Below, in pieces: positions 1 to 8,822 of a DNA stretch of 21,415 nt. The notes beneath the pieces are model-generated. The model made no database searches. It was not told where the DNA came from and saw only the letters and a list, made by a program, of their open reading frames with translations. The translations under genes and the position numbers were made by a program. The stretch is from a virus (taxonomy: Duplodnaviria > Heunggongvirae > Uroviricota > Caudoviricetes): IMG/VR virus record IMGVR_UViG_2778261463_000013, positions 1 to 21,415 of that record. The stretch is one strand, 5' to 3'. Within the stretch, counting starts at the first letter, position 1. The number at the start of each line of letters is the position of its first letter.

Positions 1-99
1 ATGAGGCTGTTCCACAGAAACGATATTGAGATTGAACTGCATTTCTCCTCCGGTGAGGATAAGGTTAAATCATTGTTGATGAAAAAAACAAAGATTTAA
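1..99 (+). CDS. Short paralog (32 codons incl. stop) of the small ORF at 1171-1386; first ~72 nt are near-identical, then diverge. Starts at the window edge, so upstream context is unseen
   Basis: Bases 1-72 match 1171-1242 with few mismatches (MRLFHRNDIEIELHFSSGEDKVKS vs MRLFRRNDIEIELHFSSGEDKVKS); in-frame TAA at 97-99. Confidence 0.3.
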   Translation: MRLFHRNDIEIELHFSSGEDKVKSLLMKKTKI

Positions 100-167
100 T
101 TTATTGATATAAAGGATTTGTATCAGCGTATGTCCACGCAGTGACCACATTTTCGAGAGGTAGAGTA

Positions 168-196
168 AGCCCGCAACATTGCGGGCTTTGTCTTAT
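168..196 (+). terminator. Intrinsic terminator-like hairpin followed by a U-rich tract
   Basis: AGCCCGCAA/TTGCGGGCT inverted repeat at 168-187 followed by TTTGTCTTAT. Confidence 0.4.
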
Positions 197-238
197 AGTC
201 TGATCACTGTTTCAAGTCGGTGAGGACACCAAAAAGAA

Positions 239-272
239 AACCCGCAGTTTTTATGCTGCGGGTTTGTTTGTT
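239..272. terminator. Bidirectional intrinsic terminator-like hairpin
   Basis: 9-bp stem AACCCGCAG/CTGCGGGTT (239-247 / 256-264) with A-rich 5' flank and T-rich 3' flank. Confidence 0.45.
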
Positions 273-719
273 CATGTCTGTGAGATAGGGTGCCTTATCG
301 ACCTTACCCTGGCAACCGATTGACGGGGGATTGCTCCCCCGTCGCGGTTTCCTTACTTCTTACATTGTAAGAACGCCGCAAACTCCGCTCCCCAGAAGCT
401 CATCCGTATTTCGCACAGCGAACCGTGCAATATCCAGATGATGAGGATTGCCGTCACGCAGAACGTGATGGCCGTAAGCGATTTTTGCGACATAGCACTT
501 GCTCCTTTTCCGGAGAGGCGCTAACCTTTCACTTGTCAAGGTAATGCGGTTAGGGCCTCGGTTAAACAGAAATGTTTTCCGGGGCCTTTCCACATCCGGC
601 CTTCAGGTTTTCCCTCCGGCCATCAGCCGAAAGGCACCCGCGCGTAATTTAACTGTTTCTTTTTGTTGCGGCAATATTTCAGGTGTCAGTTGGGGTGGGC
701 TGTATCTTGTCTGATGCAT

Positions 720-752
720 AAAAAAATGCCCGCGCTTCGGCGGGCAAAAAAC
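720..752 (-). terminator. Repeated terminator module, copy 1 (minus-strand orientation: GC hairpin then U7)
   Basis: A7-T-GCCCGC-gcttcg-GCGGGC-A6; on the minus strand this reads hairpin followed by a T7 tract. Confidence 0.45.
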
Positions 753-919
753 AAGACTTTTCGTTTGTATATCATGGATAATGGACACCCTTCCTGTTGT
801 CAGGGGGAGGTACCCGTAGCTAATCTACTCACTTTGTGCCCGCAGCTCAACCCTGAAGTTTTCATGGAAAATCAGGGCTGCTTTGTGTGCGCCAGGGAAG
901 GCGCCTCGATGGCAGGCGC

Positions 920-953
920 AAAAAAAATGCCCGCTCTCCGGCGGGCAAAACAA
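920..953 (-). terminator. Repeated terminator module, copy 2
   Basis: A8-T-GCCCGC-tctccg-GCGGGC-AAAA; same stem as copies 1 and 3, different loop. Confidence 0.45.
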
Positions 954-981
954 TGATCTACGTCACATTATATTGATAACC

Positions 982-1005
982 GGGCATTCCTCCATGCCCA
1001 TTTTT
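982..1005 (+). terminator. Plus-strand terminator-like hairpin
   Basis: GGGCAT-tcctcc-ATGCCC followed by ATTTTTAATTT. Confidence 0.35.
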
Positions 1006-1170
1006 AATTTAGCCATTTTTCATTTTGTTCACAATATAGTTATCTATCATATTCATGAATGAAATTATAATTTCATCTATAGGTATAAATGATTTGTGTT
1101 AATATGTTTCTCCTGTCTAACTGTTTTCTCATTTTTCGATACTAGTATTTCTGATATATTCAGGGGGCGT

Positions 1171-1386
1171 ATGAGATTGTTCCGAAGAAACGATATTGAG
1201 ATTGAACTGCATTTCTCCTCCGGTGAGGATAAGGTTAAATCAATAAAGGTGAAACTAAGACATGCCCGGGATGTTCAGGCGTGTCAGTGTCTTATTGATG
1301 AACTCGTTGCTGCCGGAGGAACGCCAAAAAAACAAAAATATAATCTGCACGTGGTTCCTGATGACCCCATAACCACAAAAGAATAA
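1171..1386 (+). CDS. Small hypothetical protein (71 aa), moron-like: own AT-rich upstream region, bracketed by terminators
   Basis: ATG at 1171 preceded by AGGGGG SD-like sequence; AT-rich 1010-1170 upstream; stop TAA 1384-1386 runs directly into terminator copy 3; 5' end duplicated at 1-72. The track start at 1096 is a less likely upstream extension. Confidence 0.5.
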   Translation: MRLFRRNDIEIELHFSSGEDKVKSIKVKLRHARDVQACQCLIDELVAAGGTPKKQKYNLHVVPDDPITTKE

Positions 1387-1416
1387 AAAAATGCCCGCTT
1401 TCCGGCGGGCAAAAAA
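1385..1416 (-). terminator. Repeated terminator module, copy 3; probable terminator of the ogr transcript
   Basis: A7-T-GCCCGC-tttccg-GCGGGC-A6; lies ~110 bp downstream of ogr on the minus strand. Confidence 0.5.
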
Positions 1417-1528
1417 CAATTTAGGTCATATTTCATCATGGATAATTAAATACTTGCCCGTGGTTGCGGGAAAGTATCTGCCGTTAATCTACTTGCCTTA
1501 TGATGTCCTCTCAACCTGATTATTGTTC

Positions 1529-1780
1529 TTAAATATCAAGATTAATCTGAGTATTCCCCCTGTGAGATCCCGGAAAATCTTCCCACGGTATCCGCTCTGT
1601 ACCCTGCGGCGACGGGGCGCGTTTTGATGTGAATTTGTTAAAACCCTCCAGTGTGGTAAAGCCGATCCCGCATTCGAGGTTATTGCACTGGTAGTACTTC
1701 AGGCGAACTGTGCCTGAATCATTTTCATTGCGACTGGTGCGGATACGTGCGGATGCACCGCATAGGGGACAACGGAACAT
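1529..1780 (-). CDS. ogr: Ogr/Delta-family zinc-finger late-gene activator
   Basis: 83-aa ORF starting MFRCPLCG... with paired Cys motifs, resembling P2 Ogr as recalled; AAGGAG SD 6 nt upstream of the ATG; immediately downstream of D as in P2. Confidence 0.85.
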   Translation of the reverse strand: MFRCPLCGASARIRTSRNENDSGTVRLKYYQCNNLECGIGFTTLEGFNKFTSKRAPSPQGTERIPWEDFPGSHRGNTQINLDI

Positions 1781-1823
1781 GGCTTCTCCTTATCTGGCTG
1801 AGTGGAGATGGCTCATTTTAATT

Positions 1824-2915
1824 TTATCCGCCTGAATCTGCTATCCATTCGGGGATTTTCGCTTCCAGCTCCAGTTGTGTGGTGAAGCCGCTTTCATCTA
1901 TGATGTGCTCCACCCTGGCAATAATCCAGTCCTGATTGTCCACCTCGCTTTTAAAACCTGTTACCCTGCCGTGCATTTCGGGGTACAGGTCGGCACGACC
2001 CCGTGCCAGAGTGATGGAGAATGCCGCTGCTCCCCGCTGTAACTCCTGCCACTTTGCCGCAGCTGCACGTCGTGCGGTTTCTTCATTCTGGTAAGTCCTG
2101 CGCAGAACGTAGACGTTCCCTTCCGCGCCTTCCATGTAATCACCCTCCCGGCTGCTGCTCTTCTCCTGTTTCTGTTTCCCGGCTTCCCTGCGTCGCTTCA
2201 CGTTCACTTTTTTCTTTTGCCCGAACTTCAGATCGAGCCAGTGCGCCCGGACCCCCGTATACGCATCACGGTCAGCAATGCGAAAGCGGTGACTGTCGCC
2301 GCTGCTGCGGGTAATGGCGAACGAAGGCAGGGCTCTTCCGTCCGGCCCGGTTCCGCCACCCGGCAGAATGAATAACAGGCTGCCGTTTTTTACGGTGGCA
2401 ATCGCACCCAGCATTTCAGCCATGCGGGTCAGGAAGGATATATCGCTCTCTTCGGTCTGGTCAGCGTGGTCAATTTCGATATCCATGAGGATTTCGCTTA
2501 TCTGTGTCTTCAGGCCGTAGCGGTGAGCGATGGCTGACACAACCTGTTTTACGGTCACGTCGTGCCAGGATACCTCCCGCCTCACGTTGAACTCTTCCCG
2601 AAAATCTGCGCTGCTGGCGGTGATGATCAGTTTATCTGGAGGTCCTTCCCACGCAACCTCATCAACGACGTAGGTGCCCTTGTTAACCAGTGATTCTCCT
2701 CGCCAGCCAATCATCACTCTCAGGCGTGCGCCACGTGGTGGCAACTGTAACTGCCCGTCCGTATCGTCAAGGGTGAGGGTGACGCGGTCTGCCTCAAAGG
2801 CCCGGTTATCCGTCAGGGTCAGCGTCATGAGTCGCTCTGTGAGGTTTGCCAGTGTGTTGTTGTTGATGGTGATGTCGATATCCGGTGACGGAACGGTAAC
2901 TGACAGCTCTTTCAT
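1824..2915 (-). CDS. D: P2 gpD-like late control / tail protein D
   Basis: Track ORF 1824-2951; internal ATG at 2915 with AGGAGA SD gives 363 aa. Size and position directly upstream of ogr match P2 D; the start choice is inferred. Confidence 0.75.
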   Translation of the reverse strand: MKELSVTVPSPDIDITINNNTLANLTERLMTLTLTDNRAFEADRVTLTLDDTDGQLQLPPRGARLRVMIGWRGESLVNKGTYVVDEVAWEGPPDKLIITASSADFREEFNVRREVSWHDVTVKQVVSAIAHRYGLKTQISEILMDIEIDHADQTEESDISFLTRMAEMLGAIATVKNGSLLFILPGGGTGPDGRALPSFAITRSSGDSHRFRIADRDAYTGVRAHWLDLKFGQKKKVNVKRRREAGKQKQEKSSSREGDYMEGAEGNVYVLRRTYQNEETARRAAAAKWQELQRGAAAFSITLARGRADLYPEMHGRVTGFKSEVDNQDWIIARVEHIIDESGFTTQLELEAKIPEWIADSGG

Positions 2916-2979
2916 GGTGTTCTCTCCTGGTGCGTTCTGTAATGGTTTCATGCACCGCAGCGGCGTTGAATGGCTGTTT

Positions 2980-3003
2980 TGTTGTCGCTGTCAGGAGACA
3001 ACA
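2980..3003. promoter_or_regulatory. Ogr-type late-promoter dyad (TGT-N12-ACA within TGTTGTC-N10-GACAACA) in the D / FI' divergent intergenic region
   Basis: Perfect 7-bp inverted repeat arms read in the sequence; P2-family late promoters carry a TGT-N12-ACA activator site upstream of the -10 (established knowledge); ~75-85 bp upstream of the FI' ATG at 3077. Confidence 0.5.
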
Positions 3004-3076
3004 TCAAAGGGGTGAGATTACCGCGTGTGTGGGTAATGATTACGCAAAATCAACCAGCCAGACAAGGGTGAAACAT

Positions 3077-4132
3077 ATGAGTGAAACACGCTTTCATGGT
3101 GCGCGCGTAAGGGAAAGTACCGGCCTTGCCACCGCCATTAATGATGTGGATTCCAGTGTTATTGGTATTGTGGCTACGGCAGATGACGCGGATGAAACTC
3201 TGTTCCCGCTGAACAAACCCACACTGCTGACCCGCGTCAGTGATGTGCTGGGTAAGGCCGGCACAAAGGGGACGCTTTACAAATCGCTTAAGGCTGTCGC
3301 CGACCAGGTGAGCACGAAGGTGATTGTGGTGCGCGTTCCTGATGCCAGTTCTCAGGGCGCCCCGGATACAGGAGTTACATCATTCGGTCATCTGGATCCT
3401 GAAGACAGGGCATTTTTTGGTATTGATGAGTCTGAAGATGCACATCCTGTATACCCACACAAAACGCAGGACCAGTATGTCATTGGTGGCACGGATGGCG
3501 ACGGTAATTATACCGGTATGTATGCACTTCTGATAGCTGAACAGGATGATGCCATCGGTTACCGTCCGCGCATCATCGCAGCTCCCGGACTGGATACTGA
3601 AGCTGTCACAAAATCCCTGTGTGTAATTGCAGAAAAACTTCGCGCATTTGTCTACGCGGGCTGTCACAACTGCAAGAAGCCCGCTGATGCAATCAGCTAC
3701 CGCGCCAGATTTAACGAGCGCGAACTTATGCTGCTCTGGCCTGACTTCATCGCCTATAACCCGAAATCCGGCGCTAATGAGGTCTTCCCGGCTGCGGCGT
3801 ACGCCTGCGGTTTACGTGCACGTATTGACCACGAACAGGGCTGGCATAAATCGCTGTCCAACGTGCCGGTAACAAATGTGCTGGGTATTTCCAGCCCGGT
3901 GTTCTGGTCCCTTCAGTCCGAAGACAGCGATGCCAACAATCTCAACAACAAGGAAATCACTACCATCATTTGCCGTAACGGTTTCCGCTTCTGGGGCAAC
4001 CGTACGCCGGAAACGAAGGCGTATATCTTTGAGGTGTACACGCGAACCGCTCAGGTGCTGGCTGATTCCATTGCGGAAGCGCAGTTTGAAACGATTGATG
4101 CCCCGCTGACCCCTGCTAATGTGAAAGACGTG
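3077..4132 (+). pseudogene. FI: Tail sheath protein (P2 gpFI-like), 3'-truncated; reading frame runs on into antisense M sequence
   Basis: ATG at 3077 with AAGGGTG SD; product MSETRFHGARV...GWHKSLSNVPV...RNGFRFWGNRT...YTRTAQVLAD resembles P2 FI as recalled; similarity is lost at ~4125-4135, exactly where convergent M ends; the rest of the 442-aa track ORF (to 4258) is not sheath-like. Confidence 0.7.
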
Positions 4133-4909
4133 TTAACCACGTTTCGCCTTCGCTTTCGCCTTCGGCGTCGTGGTCTGTTCTCTGGTTGTATCTTTCTGTG
4201 CCGCAGGCTCCTGTGCGGCAGCGGCTTCATCCTGTCCGGCCTTTTTCAGGGCCCGTGAAAGCGTGGCAATCTCACGTTTTACCCCCGCATTCGGGTTAAG
4301 GTGCATTGCCTCACGGAACAGCTTCAGACTCACCGCCATGCTGTCGGCATCGGTCAGGCCACGACGGGCAAAGGCGCATGCCTTGCACAGCTTGGCGCGG
4401 ACCTCATCGGGCATGTCCCGGTTCGCGACAATTTGCCAGAGGGTGTCCAGCGGTTCGATGTAGCCGGACAAATCGGCGTGTGCATCCGTTCCGGCCTGTG
4501 TCAGAACAGGGTTGCAGATTTCCTCGGTCAGTACCGTGGCTGCCGTACGCCCGAAGTTGTCAGGCATCGTGAGGTTGTGGCGAACCACATAATCCCCGAT
4601 GCGCAGTGCAAGCGCCAGGTCGCCACAGTCCACGGCCCACACCATGAGTGTGGCTATCACCTCATCCTGCTGTCCGCCGTCGGCTTCCAGCGTGCCGTCT
4701 ATCCAGCCTGCAAAACCCGGCAGCATTTCACGCTTGAGCGCGGCCTTTGCCGCTTTTGCCTGGACGCCCTTTATGCGTTGCTGTGCCAGGCGCAGACGGT
4801 GAAGGACCTGCTCATGAGCCGTGCGGGCCACGATATCCTCGTTTTCTGCTGCCGTTCCTGCCCGTAAAGCCATCACGTGCTGGAAATGAGCCTGTGCCGG
4901 TGTCAGCAT
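4133..4909 (-). CDS. M: Terminase small (endonuclease) subunit, P2 gpM-like
   Basis: 258-aa ORF with ...MPDEVRAKL... region resembling P2 M as recalled; directly downstream of N with a 2-bp gap. Confidence 0.8.
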   Translation of the reverse strand: MLTPAQAHFQHVMALRAGTAAENEDIVARTAHEQVLHRLRLAQQRIKGVQAKAAKAALKREMLPGFAGWIDGTLEADGGQQDEVIATLMVWAVDCGDLALALRIGDYVVRHNLTMPDNFGRTAATVLTEEICNPVLTQAGTDAHADLSGYIEPLDTLWQIVANRDMPDEVRAKLCKACAFARRGLTDADSMAVSLKLFREAMHLNPNAGVKREIATLSRALKKAGQDEAAAAQEPAAQKDTTREQTTTPKAKAKAKRG

Positions 4910-4911
4910 GG

Positions 4912-6051
4912 TTAATCCTCCTCTTCCCCTGCATCCTTGTCTTCAGCCTGCGCTGACAGTGCTTTTATGTCCTCCCGGTACCAGTCCGGCGCGTCATGGT
5001 CATATGTGGCAAAGCTGATATTCTCAATCAGTGCGCACTTACCATGGTCCTCAACCACATAGCAGTCGTTAACGGACTGATAGATGGCGATACGGTTGTA
5101 TTCGGGCTCATCCTTCATGAGACGACGCATGGACCCCTTCTGCCAGTAAACCGACAGGTTGCTGAATGAGGTGATGAGCATTGACTGAGCCGGGAAAAAT
5201 GGCGCAAGGTACACATCAAGGCCGCCAATGGTCCGCGTTGACACAATGAGCTGTCCGGCAAGCAGTTCGGCATTCGCATTCTGCATGCTGATACTGTTCA
5301 GGACCGGCAGGCGCAGGGAGTTAAAGAGGTTTCGCCCCATGATGACAACGAGGTCGTCTGCGTCCTTGTGCCATTCGTCAAGCAGGGATGAGCGTGCATC
5401 CTGGACCAGTGCATCGGGATTGGCGTATCTGCCTGTGTATGCCACCGAATTGTCCATATTGCGCGCAGTCAGCATCACGTCTTTCATGACGCGTTGCGGG
5501 GCCTGGTCCCTGATATCCTGCAGCCACCCCTTATTGACGTCCTCAAGTCGCGGGTGTTTTTTTATATCCGAGACTTCCGCATGGTGCGTACCGTTAAAAC
5601 CTGTCATGATGCGATCAAGTGCCACCTGTCTGGCAATCTGGCGACTCACACGCAGCTGGAAGTCAGGGTGTCCGGCCCACATGTCAAGCTGAGGGTAGGA
5701 GATGAAGGTGTCGTAGTTCACCTGCTCGCACTCATAGCGTCGCGCTTTCATGTCCACCACATTCAGCGGGTTACGACGATTTGTACCGTCATAACTGCTG
5801 TTCGTGCGCGCAACCGGCCCGGTGGTGTCCAGGAGTACCTTTTCACCTTTCTGCTCTGTCACACCAATGCTGTTGGCTTTCTGAAGAAAATCATGGCTTT
5901 CCTTTGATGCGTTTTCAAATCTCTGCTGCACTGCCGGCTGTACCGAAAAGCGGGAGGAGAGCGCAGATATTGTGATGTTATTCATCTCCGCCTGTTGTGC
6001 CTGGTAAGCAAAAAGCTCGGCCCGCGCGGCATCGCTCATGATCAGATTCAT
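4912..6051 (-). CDS. N: Major capsid protein, P2 gpN-like
   Basis: 379-aa ORF; motifs such as ...VLLDTTGPVA..., ...YECEQVNYD..., ...MTGFNG..., ...DYVVEDHG... resemble P2 N as recalled; AAGAGGTGA SD upstream of the ATG at 6051. Confidence 0.9.
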   Translation of the reverse strand: MNLIMSDAARAELFAYQAQQAEMNNITISALSSRFSVQPAVQQRFENASKESHDFLQKANSIGVTEQKGEKVLLDTTGPVARTNSSYDGTNRRNPLNVVDMKARRYECEQVNYDTFISYPQLDMWAGHPDFQLRVSRQIARQVALDRIMTGFNGTHHAEVSDIKKHPRLEDVNKGWLQDIRDQAPQRVMKDVMLTARNMDNSVAYTGRYANPDALVQDARSSLLDEWHKDADDLVVIMGRNLFNSLRLPVLNSISMQNANAELLAGQLIVSTRTIGGLDVYLAPFFPAQSMLITSFSNLSVYWQKGSMRRLMKDEPEYNRIAIYQSVNDCYVVEDHGKCALIENISFATYDHDAPDWYREDIKALSAQAEDKDAGEEED

Positions 6052-6079
6052 CGGTTATCACCTCTTGTGGTTATTTCTG

Positions 6080-6916
6080 TCAGTAGTCAGCCAGTTGTCT
6101 GGACTGCCCGCCGGTTGCCGTAAAACGACTTTCCTGATCAGCGTCCAGTCCGCGCAGTCTGTTTTTCAGCTCTGCCAGCTCAGTGGACAGGGTGGCGATT
6201 TTCTGTCTGTCTGCCTGATGGCGCGATTCCAGTGCACTGAAGCGGTCGAGAAGGTCGGCATGCGATGAGGCTATCCCCTCAACGGCGTCATGAATGCGGG
6301 AGAACCGGGTGTCGTCAGCCCTGCGTCCTCGCCCAATCATGTTCATCACGCGGTTAAGCCACTGCGCACCTTCCTCGCTGCGGCGCTCCGTCAGTTCGAT
6401 CACTTCAGCCTCAATGGCGTCAGAGAACATCGGTGCTTCCGTCTGCTGATTATTGAAGGTCATGACCGAACGGCGCTGCTGCAGGGCGAACTGAAGACGC
6501 TCCGTGCCGATGCTTGCCGGGGTGTCTGTCATGGCAAGGCCAATAAGATACGGGGTGCCCGTAGGGGTGAAATTTCGTGCCAGCTCAATACTGGAGTAAA
6601 TTTTCTTACCCCGGGAGACCAGATTTTTCATGCGGTCGGTGGGTTCGATTTCCGCATACAGCGCAGTACGACCGACCAGCGGACCTTCGGTGATTTCTTC
6701 TGTGCTCAGTGCCGTCACATCACCCATGGCGGAAAATTCACTGGACGGAACCGGTGAAAGCCAGTGCTCCACGTTCACGCGTGCGCCGTAAATCTCAGGG
6801 TTGAAGTTACTGGCCGCCGCGCGCAAATCTGCGGCACTGATTTCGCGACCGTCTGCGGTGGGACCGGAAACGGCCACGCGGAATGTTTTACGGGATGTTT
6901 TTTTCTGTTCAGGCAT
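6080..6916 (-). CDS. O: Capsid scaffolding protein, P2 gpO-like
   Basis: Internal ATG at 6916 (MPEQKKTSRKTFRVAVSGPTADGREISAADL...) with GAGGG SD; matches the P2 O N-terminus pattern (FRIGVEGDTCDGRVISAQDI...) as recalled; the track's upstream extension to 7057 is unlikely. Confidence 0.85.
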   Translation of the reverse strand: MPEQKKTSRKTFRVAVSGPTADGREISAADLRAAASNFNPEIYGARVNVEHWLSPVPSSEFSAMGDVTALSTEEITEGPLVGRTALYAEIEPTDRMKNLVSRGKKIYSSIELARNFTPTGTPYLIGLAMTDTPASIGTERLQFALQQRRSVMTFNNQQTEAPMFSDAIEAEVIELTERRSEEGAQWLNRVMNMIGRGRRADDTRFSRIHDAVEGIASSHADLLDRFSALESRHQADRQKIATLSTELAELKNRLRGLDADQESRFTATGGQSRQLADY

Positions 6917-6984
6917 TGTCGGGCCCTCGTGATGATCGTTTGTCTCATGATGGCAAAACGGGGCAGGGACAGACAAAGTGCGTT

Positions 6985-7008
6985 TGTTGTAAGCGAATGC
7001 CGACAACA
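6985..7008. promoter_or_regulatory. Ogr-type late-promoter dyad (TGTTGT-N12-ACAACA) in the O / P divergent intergenic region
   Basis: Perfect 6-bp inverted repeat arms with 12-bp spacer read in sequence; placed ~65-85 bp from the P start (7071) and the O start (6916). Confidence 0.5.
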
Positions 7009-7070
7009 CCGGGCATGGCAGGAGGCCTGTAAGGGGTGAGTAAACTGCCTGAATCACATGAGGGGGAGAA

Positions 7071-8822
7071 ATGATTCAGGATACATTTGTTCGCCAGCGG
7101 GCACGCCAGCTGTACTGGCAGGGTTACCCTGTTGCGGAAATTTCCCGCCTTATGGGTATCAACCAGAACACGATCCATTCGTGGAAAAAACGCGACCAGT
7201 GGGATGAGACGCCCCCGGTTCAGCGTGTCACGCAGTCCATGGATGCGCGACTCATTCAGCTCACGGAAAAACAGAATAAAACAGGCGGGGACTTTAAGGA
7301 AATTGATTTGCTGACCCGTCAGCTTAAAAAGCTGCATGACGGTCTGCCGGATGAGACGGCAACAGGAAAGAAAGGCCGGGCGAAAAAACGCAAAAATCAT
7401 TTCACGCCGGAACAGATCGCGGCGCTGCGGGAAAAAATTACCGACAGGCTGGCCGGACACCAGCGCAAATGGCTTGATGCTATCGGTGCCTGTGAGCGTG
7501 CCGGAATTACTGACAGGATGATCCTGAAATCCCGCCAGATTGGGGCGACCTGGTATTTTGCGCAGGAAGCGCTGCTGATGGCGCTGCGTAACGATGTGGC
7601 ACAACCTTACCAGCGTAACCAGATTTTTTTGTCTGCGTCTCGTCGTCAGGCGCTCCAGTTTAAAAGCATTATTCAGAAGGCTGCATCTGAAGTTGATGTG
7701 GAACTGAAAGGGGGCGATAAAGTCATCCTCTCCAACGGTGCAGAGCTGCATTTTCTCGGCACTTCTGCGGCCACCGCGCAAGCGTACACAGGGAATCTGT
7801 ATTTTGATGAGTTTTTCTGGACGGGGCGTTTCGCAGAGCTGCGCAAGGTGGCTGCTGCTATGGCAACGCTGGATGGTTTGCGGTGTACCTATTTTTCCAC
7901 GCCATCAAGTGAAACACATGAGGCGTATGCATACTGGAACGGCGATCACTGGAATGAAGGGCTTCGTACTCATAAACGTCAGCATTTTGATGTGAGCTGG
8001 AATGCGCTTCATAACGGCCTTATCTGTCCTGACTATATCTGGCGGCAAATTGTGACGCTGGAAGATGTGGTCAGTCAGGGATGGACGTTAACCAACATTG
8101 ACAAAATCCGGCGCAATAACACTGAAGACGAGTTCCGCAATCTCTACATGTGTGAATTTGCTCGCGAAGGGGAATCGGCATTTAACCTGAATATCCTGAT
8201 TGGCTGCGGTGTTGACGGATACGACGAGTGGCCGGACTGGAAGCCGTTTGCACCGCGTCCGATGGGGAACCGCCCTGTGTGGATTGGGTACGACGCCAAC
8301 GGCAGTAGCGGGAACGGTGACAGCGGGGCGGTTGTCGTGGTGGTGCCGCCAGCCGTACCGGGCGGGCGTTTTCGCACCGTGGAGACGCGGCGGGTGCAGG
8401 GGCTGGAGTTTGAGGCGCAGGCGAAGGTGATTGAAGAGTTCACCTTTCGCTATAACGTTGAGCATATCGGTATTGACGTAACCGGCGGTCACGGGGATGC
8501 GGTGTATCAGATTGTGAAGCGCTTTTTTCCGGCAGCCATTCCCTACACCTTCACCCTGTCATCAAAGCGCACGCTGGTTCTGAAGATGCTGCAGCTCATG
8601 CGCGCCGGGCGGTGGGAGTACGACCGCAGCGAGCGCGAACTGGTGAGCGCCTTTAACGCGGTACGCAAAACAAAAACGCAGGCCGGATTTATCACCTACG
8701 AAACAGATCGCGCAAGAGGCGTAAGCCATGGCGATCTTGCATGGGCCACCATGCTGGCCGTTATCAACGAACCTGTCGGCGGTGAACATGATGCCGCCCC
8801 CTTCAGTGTTACGGAGTTCTGA
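7071..8822 (+). CDS. P: Terminase large (ATPase) subunit, P2 gpP-like
   Basis: 583-aa ORF, GGGGGAG SD; stop overlaps the Q start (TGATG at 8820-8824); size and synteny as in P2 P-Q. Confidence 0.9.
   Translation: MIQDTFVRQRARQLYWQGYPVAEISRLMGINQNTIHSWKKRDQWDETPPVQRVTQSMDARLIQLTEKQNKTGGDFKEIDLLTRQLKKLHDGLPDETATGKKGRAKKRKNHFTPEQIAALREKITDRLAGHQRKWLDAIGACERAGITDRMILKSRQIGATWYFAQEALLMALRNDVAQPYQRNQIFLSASRRQALQFKSIIQKAASEVDVELKGGDKVILSNGAELHFLGTSAATAQAYTGNLYFDEFFWTGRFAELRKVAAAMATLDGLRCTYFSTPSSETHEAYAYWNGDHWNEGLRTHKRQHFDVSWNALHNGLICPDYIWRQIVTLEDVVSQGWTLTNIDKIRRNNTEDEFRNLYMCEFAREGESAFNLNILIGCGVDGYDEWPDWKPFAPRPMGNRPVWIGYDANGSSGNGDSGAVVVVVPPAVPGGRFRTVETRRVQGLEFEAQAKVIEEFTFRYNVEHIGIDVTGGHGDAVYQIVKRFFPAAIPYTFTLSSKRTLVLKMLQLMRAGRWEYDRSERELVSAFNAVRKTKTQAGFITYETDRARGVSHGDLAWATMLAVINEPVGGEHDAAPFSVTEF

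Noticed and set aside
360-593. 77-aa minus-strand ORF in the left boundary zone
   Set aside because: No SD, no recognisable similarity, lies among hairpins; could be a gene remnant but nothing supports a call.
663-956. 97-aa plus-strand ORF
   Set aside because: Spans two terminator hairpins (the repeated KKMPALRRAK is just the hairpin translated); artefact of GC-rich repeats.
2930-3076. N-terminal extension of the sheath ORF back to 2930
   Set aside because: Similarity to sheath proteins starts at the ATG at 3077, which has an SD; the extension would overlap the late-promoter dyad.
4170-4867. Several plus-strand ORFs (97, 188, 88, 67 aa) inside gene M
   Set aside because: Antisense shadow ORFs within a GC-rich, well-supported minus-strand gene.
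6917-7057. N-terminal extension of the scaffold ORF to 7057
   Set aside because: Scaffold similarity begins at the ATG at 6916 with an SD; the extension would run across the O/P promoter region.
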